This document shows, piece by piece, positions 12,530-24,300 of a stretch of DNA of 64,000 bases. Position numbers and translations under genes: made by a program. The notes below the pieces were generated by a model that was not told the DNA's origin, did not search any database, and saw only the letters and a program-made list of their open reading frames with translations. This DNA is from Haplodiscus bocki (Eukaryota). Each line of letters begins with the position of its first letter. The stretch's first letter is position 1. The DNA lies in the NCBI GenBank assembly GCA_965655095.1, contig OZ296649.1, positions 148,800,001 to 148,864,000 of the forward strand. Reading direction: 5' to 3'.

Positions 12530-14029
12530 CTGAAACATTGAGAATTGTGAGCAAACATTGAGTTCAGGATTTTAAGTAATCTCTTCATTAAACAATTTCG
12601 GATCAGTCAACTAACAGAAAGGAAGAGTTGCACTTATAATGATTTAAAAACTGACAAATTTTAAAACGAATAGGCATAAAATTTGAAAAAAAATGAAACT
12701 ACCTGATTTCAGTAAAATTAAAAGTGAATTTCATTGGATATAATTTTCAAAATAACTTTCCATTGAAAAAGATTGCACGAAATCTAAATATATGATATAC
12801 ATTATTGGATCCAATGACAAATCAGCGTTATAATTTTTGATTTAAAACAAATATATGTTAACGATTTCTCATAGGGGAAAATTCAAATGTATTTACAGCC
12901 AATGAAAAAGGCTGACGGAACAAGGGATATGTAGGAAGAAAGGAAATGCAACTGAAAGAATATAGGTACTTTGCTAAGAAGGAAAACGTCCAAGCGCTTT
13001 CGAACAGAGACTGGTAGCTGAAAAAGGACGAGGAAAATGCTGATATAAGGAACCAGAAAAGGCACCAAAGAGTGTAGGCAATAAGTGCCATGAAATTAGC
13101 ATAGTCAAGAACGGAGAAGTGCGTCATGAAAAAGTTGGAAGGAAATTTAAATCACTCAGCATCAACCCGAAAATAAATTAACTCGATAACCATCATTTGA
13201 AAGTGAAAGGACGGAAGTAAGTAGAGACTTTCACTTGCTAAACTTTATTAGCCGGAAAAACTGAATTTCACATCTGGGATACCTGAAAAAGCATAGTTGA
13301 CTAAGTAGTCTGATCAGGGCTTCCTATCCAAATATGTCTCTCAATCTTAAGGCTATGTCCTAACAGGAACCTCTATAAACTTATTCCTTGAATCAGGTGT
13401 ACCGATTGCGTGAATACTAAACTTAACATAAGACCTTTCTTGAAATGCTTTATTTCTCCTTGGTGTTAGCTTTACATTTTTTTGTATTCAATATGGTATA
13501 TTGTTCTCAATGGTTAGTTCTTCAAATAAATTTTCAAGAGTATTTACAATTCGTTGGTTAATTGTCTGCGATATAATTTATGTTTAGTTCAGTCCACCTT
13601 ATCCTGGCTGCTGAAGTTTTTGTTTGAATTTCATTTGCTTGGTTGTTCATTTGCTGAAAAACATCAACAGTCATATTAATTTCTATTCCACAGGTCACCA
13701 GTTCGTTATGTTTGTGTATAATGCATGAAATTGAGGATAAATGTATGAAAATCCATTGAATTTAACGAGAGCTACATGTGGCCACAAATTGAGGGTACCG
13801 CAAAAACGTACAGTGAGACAAGTAAATTACCGAGCCTCGAATAATTATGAAATTTGAGAAAAAAAAGATTGTGACTGAACTTTTTCGGGAATCTTCTTGG
13901 TGAAAACTTGATTAAAAAATAATTATTTTCGGGAAAAAATATTCTGGGTTCCGTTGCAATTTTATAAAGAATGAGAGCTCTAATCGTTTTCTGAGACACC
14001 CTATCGTGTAGCAGAGATTGTGAGCTATT

Positions 14030-14890
14030 TAGAAAAAAAACGTAGCGTCATTTTTGCGTTCGCAGTGGCACAATTGTGGATTTTGCCTCTTTGAGTCTTT
14101 ATTTAGTTGTCTGGAGTGAAAGACTGTCTTAAGTGCGTAGTCTGAAGACCCGTCCTTCATGGTTGGGAGCAGAAAGATATCATCCCGCGTGTTTGTCGAG
14201 GTGTTGTGGTAGTCTATAAAATATCCTGTGAAAAATAATAAAAATTGAGAGTATTTGAGTGAAGAAAGGTTTCTGAGAGAATTGAAAGACATATACTTAC
14301 AAATCACATAACTGCTCCAGTTAGGAAAAGATTAATATTTTGAAGAGTTATGTTGAGATGAGTGTTATATGTCTTAAAGGTGTCTTCGCATAATTTAGGG
14401 TTAGTTATGAGTGGTTGCAGTTCGATAAAAAATTCTCGATATAAGGTTAGTTTTGTTGTGACTCTTGATTGTTTTAGCGAAGGCGATCTAAGTGTTCGAG
14501 TTGGCCAGAAATAGCGTCAGCAAAGCGTGCAGAGTTAGGTTCTTGTAATAACGTGCAGAGGTTACGGATTATTGCAAGGGTTTCCGGTGAGTCGTGCGTA
14601 GGAGGAGCTGCATTTACTGGAAGTTGTGTAGTTTGAAGTCTGTAAATGATGTTAGTGACTGATGAGTGAAGTCGAGGAGTAAGATATTTAGCTGTGAGAA
14701 GGTGGTTATAAATAGGGAGTGCTGTAGGTGGGATTGGTTGAGAAATAAAGGGGTGAAAAGTGAGTGGTTTTGTGCTGGTAATGAAGGTGGTGGTTGGTTA
14801 TGAAAAACATAAAAACGAGGGTCGATAGTGGAAGGGGCTTCTCGTGGGAGAATGAGTGGGCGGTTAGGCTTACATGAAGAATAATAAACA
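14030..14890 (-). pseudogene. Probable continuation of the retroelement post-env ORF region, displaced by an insertion
   Basis: Same G/T strand skew as 17.6-19 kb. An ATG-less open frame of about 95 codons (LTFHPFISQPIPP..EHLDRLR, ~14475-14765). The fragment YYSSCKPNRPLILPREA plausibly follows GRIRNYDPxKD at 17641. Confidence 0.45.
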
Positions 14891-17640
14891 AGAGGCGCGG
14901 TCGCACTGCGATATTTTCAGTCAATTTGGCGCATAAAAAATTGCTCGAACAAACAGCAAATCATTTTTACACATAAGCCAAACTTGACCAAGAAGATCTC
15001 GATGGAAACCTTGCCGAAAGAGTTCAAGCCGATGGCGCTGTAGAGATTAATCAGTTTGAAAACGAAAATACCAACAATATTAAATGAACCTTTTTGCATG
15101 TTCAGCTTATCAGCATTCCAATCTAACGGACACAGTCAAAATTTGTTCCAACTAAGAAACATTCAAAAAGATGTCATCATCAATTCACACCTTCATTAAC
15201 GAATTCAGAAATGTTTTCGAGAAGGTCGAGTTGGAATATCAAGATAATTCAACAATAATAAAACTTTGGCCACATTTGGTCAACCAGACAGCAAATCGAA
15301 TGTAAAAAGGCAAATTTCATGTTTTTTTAGGAACGCACAGTCTGCTTCAAGTGAAAAACTATCGATTGGCAGGTTGAAGGGAAAATGAAAGAGGTAAAGC
15401 TGAAGAAATATGGGATTGGTTTTCGAGGAAAGTCAAGACCAACAGCACGTTTTGTCATTTTCGGTCACTTAGAATTCGACTGAATAGATGAGTAAAAAAT
15501 TTTATTTGAATTATGCAGAAAAAGTAGAGAACTAGACTGAGACCTCGAGGAAAGAACTCAAGTCAGTATTTTTGGGAGAAAAACCGGAGTTTGAAAACCG
15601 GGATGAGCCCAGATTATCGGATTTAAAGACTTTCTGGGGATTTCAATGGAGGCTCAAAGTTGATAGTGTTTTCACCCAAAAATCCTCCAAGAATAGACTT
15701 TTCGATTGCGAGCTTTGGTGGAATAGATCAAGCCTGTTGTTATGGAGATACATGAGTTCTAATGAAGAAATTTTTCATTAATTGAGTTTTTTTGGCATTC
15801 TCGGACTATCAGGATTGCGACACAAGGAACGAAATCAAGGAAAATAAAATCGAGTTGTCAACCAAAAGAATCGAAGATTGAGATCTTGCAGCTATAAGTC
15901 AAGTCAGTGGTTGTGGACGACTAGCAGTTGGAATAAAAAAAATGTCAAAATCATTAGCAGCTGTTTGGCAATCCTGAACTAACAATATTGCAATACAAAG
16001 AACAAAATAATTGTTTTAGAAGCCAAATTATCTCTGCAGGTAAAAGTCTGTCGGTTCTGGACTTTCATGAAGGAAATTAGACTGGTAGTTACGGAAAAAA
16101 AGTGTTTGTATCTCCTGGTGATTCAAAAGTAAGAGCGCAAATTGCAATTTTTTTACTATCGCAATTCTAATTCAAGGAGCACAAAAAAACAGATTTCAAA
16201 TCTAATTCTCCACAAAAAAAATTATTGTTTCGATTGAGACCTTGACGGAAAAATTAGGTCTGTAGTTACAGAGAAATATTAGAGGGAATATGGAGATTAA
16301 TCAAAATTGTAAAATTGTTAGCACATTTGGATTCTTCGGACAATCAAAAGGCTGAGGCTAAGATAAAAAAAATTGAATTTCTAATTGAAAAAAATTGCAA
16401 AAGCTTCAAACTTTCGATTGAGACCTTGCTGGAAAAAAATAGGCCAACAGTTATAGAGAATATGGAGATTGAATATCTACATAAGTAAAAAAAAAACTTT
16501 CAATTTTTTGGAGTGTGCAGATTTTGATGGAAAAAAAACAGCTGACCGAAATTCGAATCAAATCCTTTCCTCTAAGTATAAGGTTGCCGTATGTGACTTT
16601 CGTGAAGGAAATCAAACCTGTAGTTACCGAGAAACACCACTTCGATAATCGAGGTGAATCATTTTTTTAACAACTTTCTGGAAATTTTAGACAAACATGA
16701 TTTTGATGCAAGGATCAATATCAATGGTTTCGCAATCAAATCCGCCTCTACAAGAGTACGGGTTTCAATTGAGATTTTGATTGATGAACTCAAACCTGTA
16801 GTTGCTGAGAGCAGTCAATTTGAATAACGAGATATACCAACAACGATGGCATTTTTAAGAATTTTCGGACTATAGGGATTGTGACGCAAGACACAAAGCC
16901 ACCGATTTTTCAAAATAGCACTCTCTTACAGGTGGAACGATTCTGGTTGATACCCGAATGAAAGGTTTGAGCATTGTTTTCTTGGAGAAAAGTGAGTTGC
17001 AACATTGGAAATTCAATACTAATTGAGCTTTTCGGTTTTCCCTCAATCTGGGGATCACAGAAAGACATGTTCCAGTAGAAGTATTTTCGAAGAAACAGCG
17101 CAAAATCTAACCCCGGAGAAACCACGGTAGAGAAAGAGAACTTATTCCGAAAAACTGAAAAAAAACTTCGAACATTCACATTTCTAGTTAAATTTTCTGA
17201 CCAATTTTTTAAAGTTTCAACTTTTTTCGGCCTTTTTGGAGAACCAAAAAATTTTGTCAATTTTTTGAAACATTTTGAGAAATGCCGATTTGCTTCATTT
17301 TAGGTCGCAAATGAACAATTTTTGAGAAATATAGAGCCCACTTTTCAGAAAACCCTAAATTTTGTCGAAAAAGCCCTGTTTTTTGTTATTAAAAAATAGG
17401 AATGGGTTTACGAGTATCTAAAAAGTAACAAATACGATGGATAGCGGGATTCGAACCAGCCACCTCTGGCTTCCTAAACCCGGTAACCCCCACACATTTG
17501 TCTTAATCAAGGCACCAACGACTCTGCAGACTTAAACTCTGCGCGTCACGGGCAATTTCTGGAAAAGGAAAAAAAACGCCCAACTACTGAACTGAATACT
17601 TTCCTTTCGATAAAAGTTTTTCGACGGAAAATATTATAGT
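14890..17640. repeat. Insertion/mosaic of a diverged dispersed repeat family (motifs ggcattctcggactat(c/a)g and ttgagac..ctgtagttac.gagaaa)
   Basis: The first motif recurs at ~15795, ~16330 and ~16860, and also at ~115, ~400 and ~1198. The composition break interrupts the retroelement. Confidence 0.5.
17436..17530 (-). other. tRNA-related sequence (Pol III B-box), probably a SINE head or tRNA pseudogene
   Basis: Minus strand GGTTCGAATCC at 17457-17447 followed by CGCTATCCA. No convincing cloverleaf or A-box. Confidence 0.45.
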
Positions 17641-17811
17641 AATCTTTACGGGGGTCGTAGTTTCAAATACGTCCATGCAAATAGGAGGAGTCAAGGCAGT
17701 ATTGGGCTGAAGGTGAGTATGGAGATGTAAAAATCTTTAAGGGGGTCGTAGTTTCGAATGCGTCCATGCAAATAGGAGGAGTCAAGGTAGTATTGGGTGG
17801 AAGGTGAGTAG
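17641..17811. repeat. Diverged ~91-bp tandem duplication at the interrupted end of the post-env ORF
   Basis: aatcttta..ggggtcgtagtttc..cgtccatgcaaataggaggagtcaagg..tattggg..gaaggtgagta occurs at 17641 and 17732. Confidence 0.85.
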
Positions 17812-18809
17812 GGCGATGAGAATTTGTTATTTACAAAAATGTGATGTTTGTTGGTATTAAGGGCATGGTGAGGATAAAAGTAAACATATGAGTATTGGTG
17901 AAGTTTTTCATAAAAGAGGATTTGATCGAGGGAATTATAATTGTTAGTGACGTTCAAAAATTCTAGTATGTAAAAGTTGAATGTTTCAAAGCCAAAAACC
18001 ATACGGGTCAATGACTTCGTAGCACGCGAATATAATTGATCATCAGTGTAATCAAGGGCAGGGATTTGAAATTGGTAAGGTAATTCTTGCATGTACAGTT
18101 GAGTAATGGTAGGATTAAAAGCAATGGCATGCCGACATATTTGTGGGAAACTAGTATTACGGGTTTGATTAAGGGTGGTCAGTACTGAAAGGGAAGGAGG
18201 GTAGAGTCTTTCCAGTTCTTGATGCGAATTATATGGTGTAGTGAATTGGGGAGTGTTCCATGTGAGTGTTAGTCGTTGATTAATTGGTGTACGTATCGTG
18301 GTTAGGTGATTGTCAATGGTGGTCATAGATGGCGTGCTAGGAAAACTGGAGAAGAAGGAAGCAAGAAGGGGATTGGCTAGAGGAAGTGTGTAACTGTGCC
18401 GAATTAGTGCCGGATGTGTGTGTGTGGTTATAGAGGGTGCAATAACTGACTGTGGTTATTAGTGAGGCTTTATCGTGAGAATGTACTGAAGTGAGGTTAA
18501 AATTCGGGAGGTTCATTTGAATTGGAGTGGTTATGTGTTGTGTGGTGGCTGAATTGTTAGTAAGTATGACTGTTTGGGTTATTCGGATTGGGAGCGATGA
18601 TTAGTGTATGTGAGGTAGACTGCACTGGTTCGGCAAAGTTTGTTGAGATATTGGAGAGGGCGTTGAGCAACGAGAATTTGAAGAATCAGGTTGTGACGTT
18701 CGGAAATGGGAATTGTTTGGTTGTCAACTAAAGAGTCAAACTCAGGAAGGGAAAGTGGATCATGCTCATCTTGGATAGGGGTAGCTGGCATGTTGGTAAT
18801 GGCTTTCAT
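17691..18809 (-). pseudogene. Unknown accessory ORF downstream of env (fragments 18579-18809 and 17691-18326)
   Basis: 211-aa and 76-aa frames with the same orientation and composition as env. No recognisable domain. Confidence 0.55.
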
Positions 18810-19204
18810 GGTCTAAAACATTTGGAAAGTTTAGTTGTAATCGTTGGGGTGTTTCTACAAATCGAGAAAACATCTCTTCATTATAAGCAAATGGAGGGGG
18901 ATTTGATACAATGCTATCCTTCAGTATTAGTCAAGGAGGTAAATGTTGAGAAAGAGGTTTCTTTTTTGTGAGGATTTGTTGCTTTTTCCTCGAATAGAAA
19001 TTCTGATGTAGAAGGACAATTTGTTTTCGTCGTGCATCTGAAATTAAAGCGTTAGAGTTAATGGTCTGCGATATTGGTAGTAGAGATGAATCAGAGGTAA
19101 TAATTTCAGTGGGTGTTATTATTTTTCAGGTAATTTCTGTTAATTGTCAGTAGTAGTGCTAGAATTAGATTGTTTTTGATTCAAATTATTCATTAGTTTG
19201 AAAA

Positions 19205-21330
19205 TTATTGGGTGAGATTTGAATGTTTTGTTGACTTTCTGTTCTTGTTATCATTTCCATTTTTTGAATCTTTCGGGTTGTGATAGAAAAAAAGAAGTGT
19301 TCTTCTGAGTATTATTCCAGTAGTTGACACAAATAGGACAGCGAAAGAGCCTATCTTATTTCCAAACATTTTTTTAATTGGAGAGTAATAATTTACAATC
19401 GTTGTTACTGCAAAATGTAAATATTGATACGTTGCATAATGAAGGCCCCATTTAGTGAGAGTATAACATAGCCATCCAAATGTGTAAAGAAGCATATCCC
19501 TGAACCAATGACGTGTGCAACACGTATTTAAAGCGAGAATGAGATCCGTTGTTCCTATTCGTATTTGTCTTGTCCAAAAAGAATGAAAAGATTCTTGATC
19601 ATCTGAATTAATATCACTGCTCACGAAAGAAATCATAATTATTTGCTTTGCCTAAGTCTTGTATTGTTTCATCGGAGTGTTTTGTTGGTAAAATTGGGTC
19701 CCAGAAATCGTTATTATGTTTAGGTGAATATAAGACCGCGGTGTGAGCTGAAAATGTATAAGGTTGTATTGTAGTACGATTCTCAGATGGTTTAAAATGA
19801 GCTGGGCGGTCTCCTTTTGTAGGCGGTGGTGTTAGTAAATATTATTCATTACCATCAGGGACTAAAGCGATGATGTTAGCTGGATTACCATCATAAGGAA
19901 TTTCTCTATCAAAAAAATAGTTTTGTCGACTGATGGGATCTACATAATAGAGTGTATCTTGATAGAAAATTCGTATTTTGTCAATTTTTCTTTATAAGTG
20001 TCTAATAGTGAAAGATGATGTTCACATTCACAAACCCAAAGTGATGCACCTTCAATATGAACAAAGTTACTTCTGTTTCCAGTTACCAGGTGGCCAGCCA
20101 AATAGGGATTAGTTTGAGCAAGTGACAAGATTGTAAGGATTTGAGTGCGTTCTAGTTCACATAATTGCGTTAAGGTATTTATTTCGGCGGTATTCAGTAT
20201 TTTATAAATACAGTTCATAGTTTGATCAACTTTAGAATTAAAATAAGCTGGTATATCTAATGTCCCAAATCGTACACTTGTACTTAGATCTATGTATTGA
20301 GTAACATAGCCATCAGTTGCGGATTTAATTTTCTTGTTACGGACATCAACAGTGATTCAAGGAGATTCACTTTTAAAAATTTCAGTCAGAAGGTCGAGCA
20401 TTTTTCCTTTTTAGCGGGTAAGGACTCTGCCCAATAACATTTTTGTACTTTGCCCTTTTGGCTTCAAACTGATCAGAAAAAAAGATAAAACAATGGTCAA
20501 TTTGATCGACGTAGCAAAGTTGCCTGTGGTTTCGCAACATTCATCTTTATAAGTGCATAGTAAAGCACGTCGTCCGTTAAACACTAATTCATTTTGTTTA
20601 TTATCATGGCGAAGTTGCATTTTTGATTAACGAAATTTCCAACTAAAAAGATTCATATAAATTTAGTCACTTTTGAACAAAAGGAGTGTTTATTTGCAGC
20701 ACCGTCTGGAATCCATGATTTATAATGTGATTGAGGGCTGCAGACCCATACACCATGAGAATCTTGATCCAACGCTGTAGCTTGCATGGGACCTTGAATA
20801 CGAATGAGATTATTTTGTTGTCCTAAATCAGTTCAGAAAGCATTAGTTCGAAGAGATTCCATAGTTCGGTTAGATCGTGGACCGGAAAGTTCCATGAGAA
20901 AGCGGCCATTACTCTGACATCCATTCCTAGTAACAGCATGATACCTAACCATTGTGCTCGGATAGTAACTTTGTCGATAATGTTAATGGTTAGTCTTAGT
21001 ATTGTATACAAAAACTTCAGTTGTTTTTTTATATGAGAGGGAAAATTGGTAAGCTAAGACAATAGTTGCCTTAGCTCTGATGAACAAATCAACACGTGGT
21101 TTATTGTAGTCAACGTCACGTGGATTTGTACTACAATCATCAAGTCGATTAAGGTTAAACCGGCGTACGTTAAGGAGTTCGCGACAATGATCATGAATTG
21201 CCAATAAGTCGTTAATTTGATCTTCATTGACAGCGTGAGTTCGATCTTCAAGAGGTTCGTCGTTGAGGAGAGTGAGAATGTGACGGAACTGGAGAGCTAA
21301 GAAGAGCTGGAGTATGATATTCTTGAACAT
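19205..21330 (-). pseudogene. env: Envelope glycoprotein gene, chuvirus/Monjiviricetes-like class III fusion protein; disrupted by a stop and frameshifts
   Basis: Signal peptide MFKNIILQLFLALQF. N-terminal pattern HC..LNVRRFNLNRLDDC..LAYQ(C). Core LCELERTQILTILSLAQTNPYLAG..EGASLWVCEC..YYVDPISRQ. C-terminal hydrophobic segments at 19205-19636. About 700 codons in total. Confidence 0.75.
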
Positions 21331-24300
21331 GGATCATAAAAGGCAGCAGTTCCACGAGGAGTGCAAGTAGATGGATCAAAATTAAATTTTAGGCTTGAAC
21401 AAACGAGGCAGGTGAGGTTCTATGTTATATCTGGGCAGAGAAGTGGAATGGACCAATATATAATCTTTTAAAAGAAACGCGTATGGAGAACTGAATTTCT
21501 AAATTGGGTTTATAAAGGATGGCCATTTCCTTAGTCTTTTTTGCGGGACTAAGACTTAAAGAGCGATTTATAATAACAACGCCATCGGATTCAAGAGTGT
21601 TATCAAGATCAAATCCAGTAGGAAGAAAATTAAATGACTGTGCGTTTTGATGTGTATTTCAAAATTTCTGGAGAGAGGGAGGTAATTCAGGTGAGGAATT
21701 AAAACTGAAACCTTGAATGTGACGTTCGACACAAGGAGTCGTATCTAAAGAAGTATGCTCAAGATATGTGGGGCTAATTAAGTTTTGGATCGGACGTGGA
21801 GAAAGGTCAGTAGTTGACAGCAAGGCAAAATTTAAATTACGAGACGGGTTAGTATTGGGTGTAGAAGGTGATCGAGAGGTAAATGGTGTATTAGATTGGC
21901 GAGGAGAGGAATGATGGTAGCTTGTGAGTTTGTTAGTTGTGTCAAAAAATTTGTAGACATTACAGTTATAGTTCCTCTGATAGAAGAAAAAGTACGAAAA
22001 AGTTTAGTACTTGAGATGTTATTGAAATCATCGTCAGATAAGGTTATGGCATCATAAGAAAGGATTATGGTATCGTTAAATTGGTTTCCTGGGAGAATGT
22101 CGGGGAGTGGTCTATTTGGTAAAACATTTTGGTTATGATATGGTGAAGCAATTTTTGAAAAGATTAAAAAAACTATCTATGTGAGATGAAACGTGAGGAA
22201 GAGGTTTGCATTTCGTTGTTTGAAGGCAGAAAGATCAGAGGAGTTGAAAATTGGAGAGAGTGGCATCTACGAAAGTTAAAGATTCGGTTAACTATTTCGT
22301 ATTTTTTTACTAAAGTACCGATATGGAAAGTGTTCAAAAACTAGAGGGACCGCTTTTTTGAAGGAAATCTAGTAGCTTAGCAAAGAAGAAATGAACGATT
22401 GAAGAGATTCATCTTGATGATTTTGGCAATTTGCAACTAACTGTGAGAATCTTCAATTGTTGAGAAGCAGCAAGATAGATTTTTGCTGTTCGTCAAGTAT
22501 CAACAAGAGATATTTTGTTGTTAAATAGTAGCAAGAGAGCTTTTGTTGCTTTTAAGTACCAGCTGAATGAGTCGAAGATTAGCGAAGAATGAAGAGCAGA
22601 AATTATTCAGCTTAAATATTTTGCAGTGAAAATCTAATGATTGGTTGAGGACTTCGTACCATGGAATTTTGATGGCTAGCGAGTTTGACTTGGGAGGTGA
22701 TCTAAGGTTCTAGAAAGTTGTTTTGAATTCCGAAGCGTATATTGGTTATAAAATGCCGAAGATCGAGTTCAAAGAGTATCTATCGAAAACAACAATATTC
22801 GTACCGGTGCGATCCCAACGCTTGGTTAGTAACTCCGTCAAAAAACGATCTGATTGGTAGGCGAGTTTCAAAAGAGAGATAAATGTAGGTTCTAAGAAAC
22901 TAATTGGATTTTTGAATAGTTTATTAGTCTTTCAAAATGTCGGAGAACGAAGTCAAAACATCTAAAAAATGAAAGTTTATTTTGCTTTGATATGCGGTGT
23001 AGTTATGAACAGACAAAGAGATTATTTGAAAGGATAATAATTTTGAAAAACAGAGGCTGTCTAAACTGATTTGAGCTATTTTTATCCCGAGTGAAAATAA
23101 AATTTAGATGGAGGTATATGGGTGCTGTAGTCTTTGACAGGTTGTCGTCGAAGACGGCGGGTTGTTCGGAATTGAGAATATACGGAAGTTTGGTAAGATG
23201 TTGCGCCTAGTGGAGGCAAAGTTGGTGTTATGGTATCAGTTCGAATGGTATTTGCTTGATCATTCAGCGTAGTACGCTGTTGTTGAGAATTATCAAAGAT
23301 TAATGAAGACGAAGTGTCGTCATCAGGGGAATTTATCGAGGTTTGGTGCCTGTCAGTCAAAAAGAAATCTGGTGTAGTCTCGTTGCCAGAATCTTCTAGC
23401 GAATCGTAAAGTAATCGCTCGCGTGCATATAATTCGCCGGCTAGGTTAAACGAGGATATGGTTATATGTGGCTTAAAAGAAACCGTTTCATATTGTTGAA
23501 AAAGTTGTTCTAAATGGGGGACAACGGGATAAAATGGAATCAAATGGTTTCGGTGTGCGAACAAAACATTTCCTTGATGTGACAGTAACTGATATTTCAC
23601 ATTTTACTCGACGCATTGTATTTGTAGAACCGTCTGGAATCCATGATTTATAATGTGATTGAGGGCTGTAGACACATACACCATAAAAATCTTGATCCAG
23701 TGGGGTGGCTTGCATGGAACTTTGAATACGAATGAGATAATTTTGCTGTCCTAAATCAGTTAAGAAAACAATAGTTTGAGGAGATTCCATGGTTCGGTTA
23801 GATCGTGGACCGGAAAGTTCCAAGAGAAAGCTGACATGACTCTGACACCCATTCCTGGTAACAGCATGATACCTAACCATTGTGCTCGGAGAGTAACTTT
23901 GTCGATAATGTTAATGGTTAGTCTTAGTATTGTATACAAAAATTTCAGTTGTTTTTGTATATGAGAGGGAAAATTGGTAAGCTAAGACAGTAGTTGCCTT
24001 AGCTCTGATAAACAAATCAACACGTGGTTTATTGTAGGCAACGTCATGTGGATTTGTACTACAATCATCAAGTCGATTCAGGTTAAACCGGCGTACGTTA
24101 AGACGTTCTCGACAATATTAATGAATTGCCAAAAAGTCGTTAATTTGGTCTTGATTGACAGTGTGAGTTTGATCTTCAAGAGGTTCGTCGTTCAAGAGAG
24201 GAAACTGGAGAGCTAAGAAGAGCTGGAGTATGATAATCTTGAACATGGCTTATAAAAGGTAGCAGTTCCACGAGGAGTGCGAGTAGTTGGATCAAAATCA

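Noticed and set aside
12856-13192. 3' LTR of the env element (tgttaacga...tcgataacca)
   Set aside because: Weak inverted ends only; no adjacent polypurine tract, TSD or second copy to confirm.
13981-14010. Tc1/mariner-like terminus (agggtgtctcagaaaa on minus strand)
   Set aside because: No partner TIR found.
17436-17530. Functional tRNA gene
   Set aside because: B-box present but no consistent cloverleaf.
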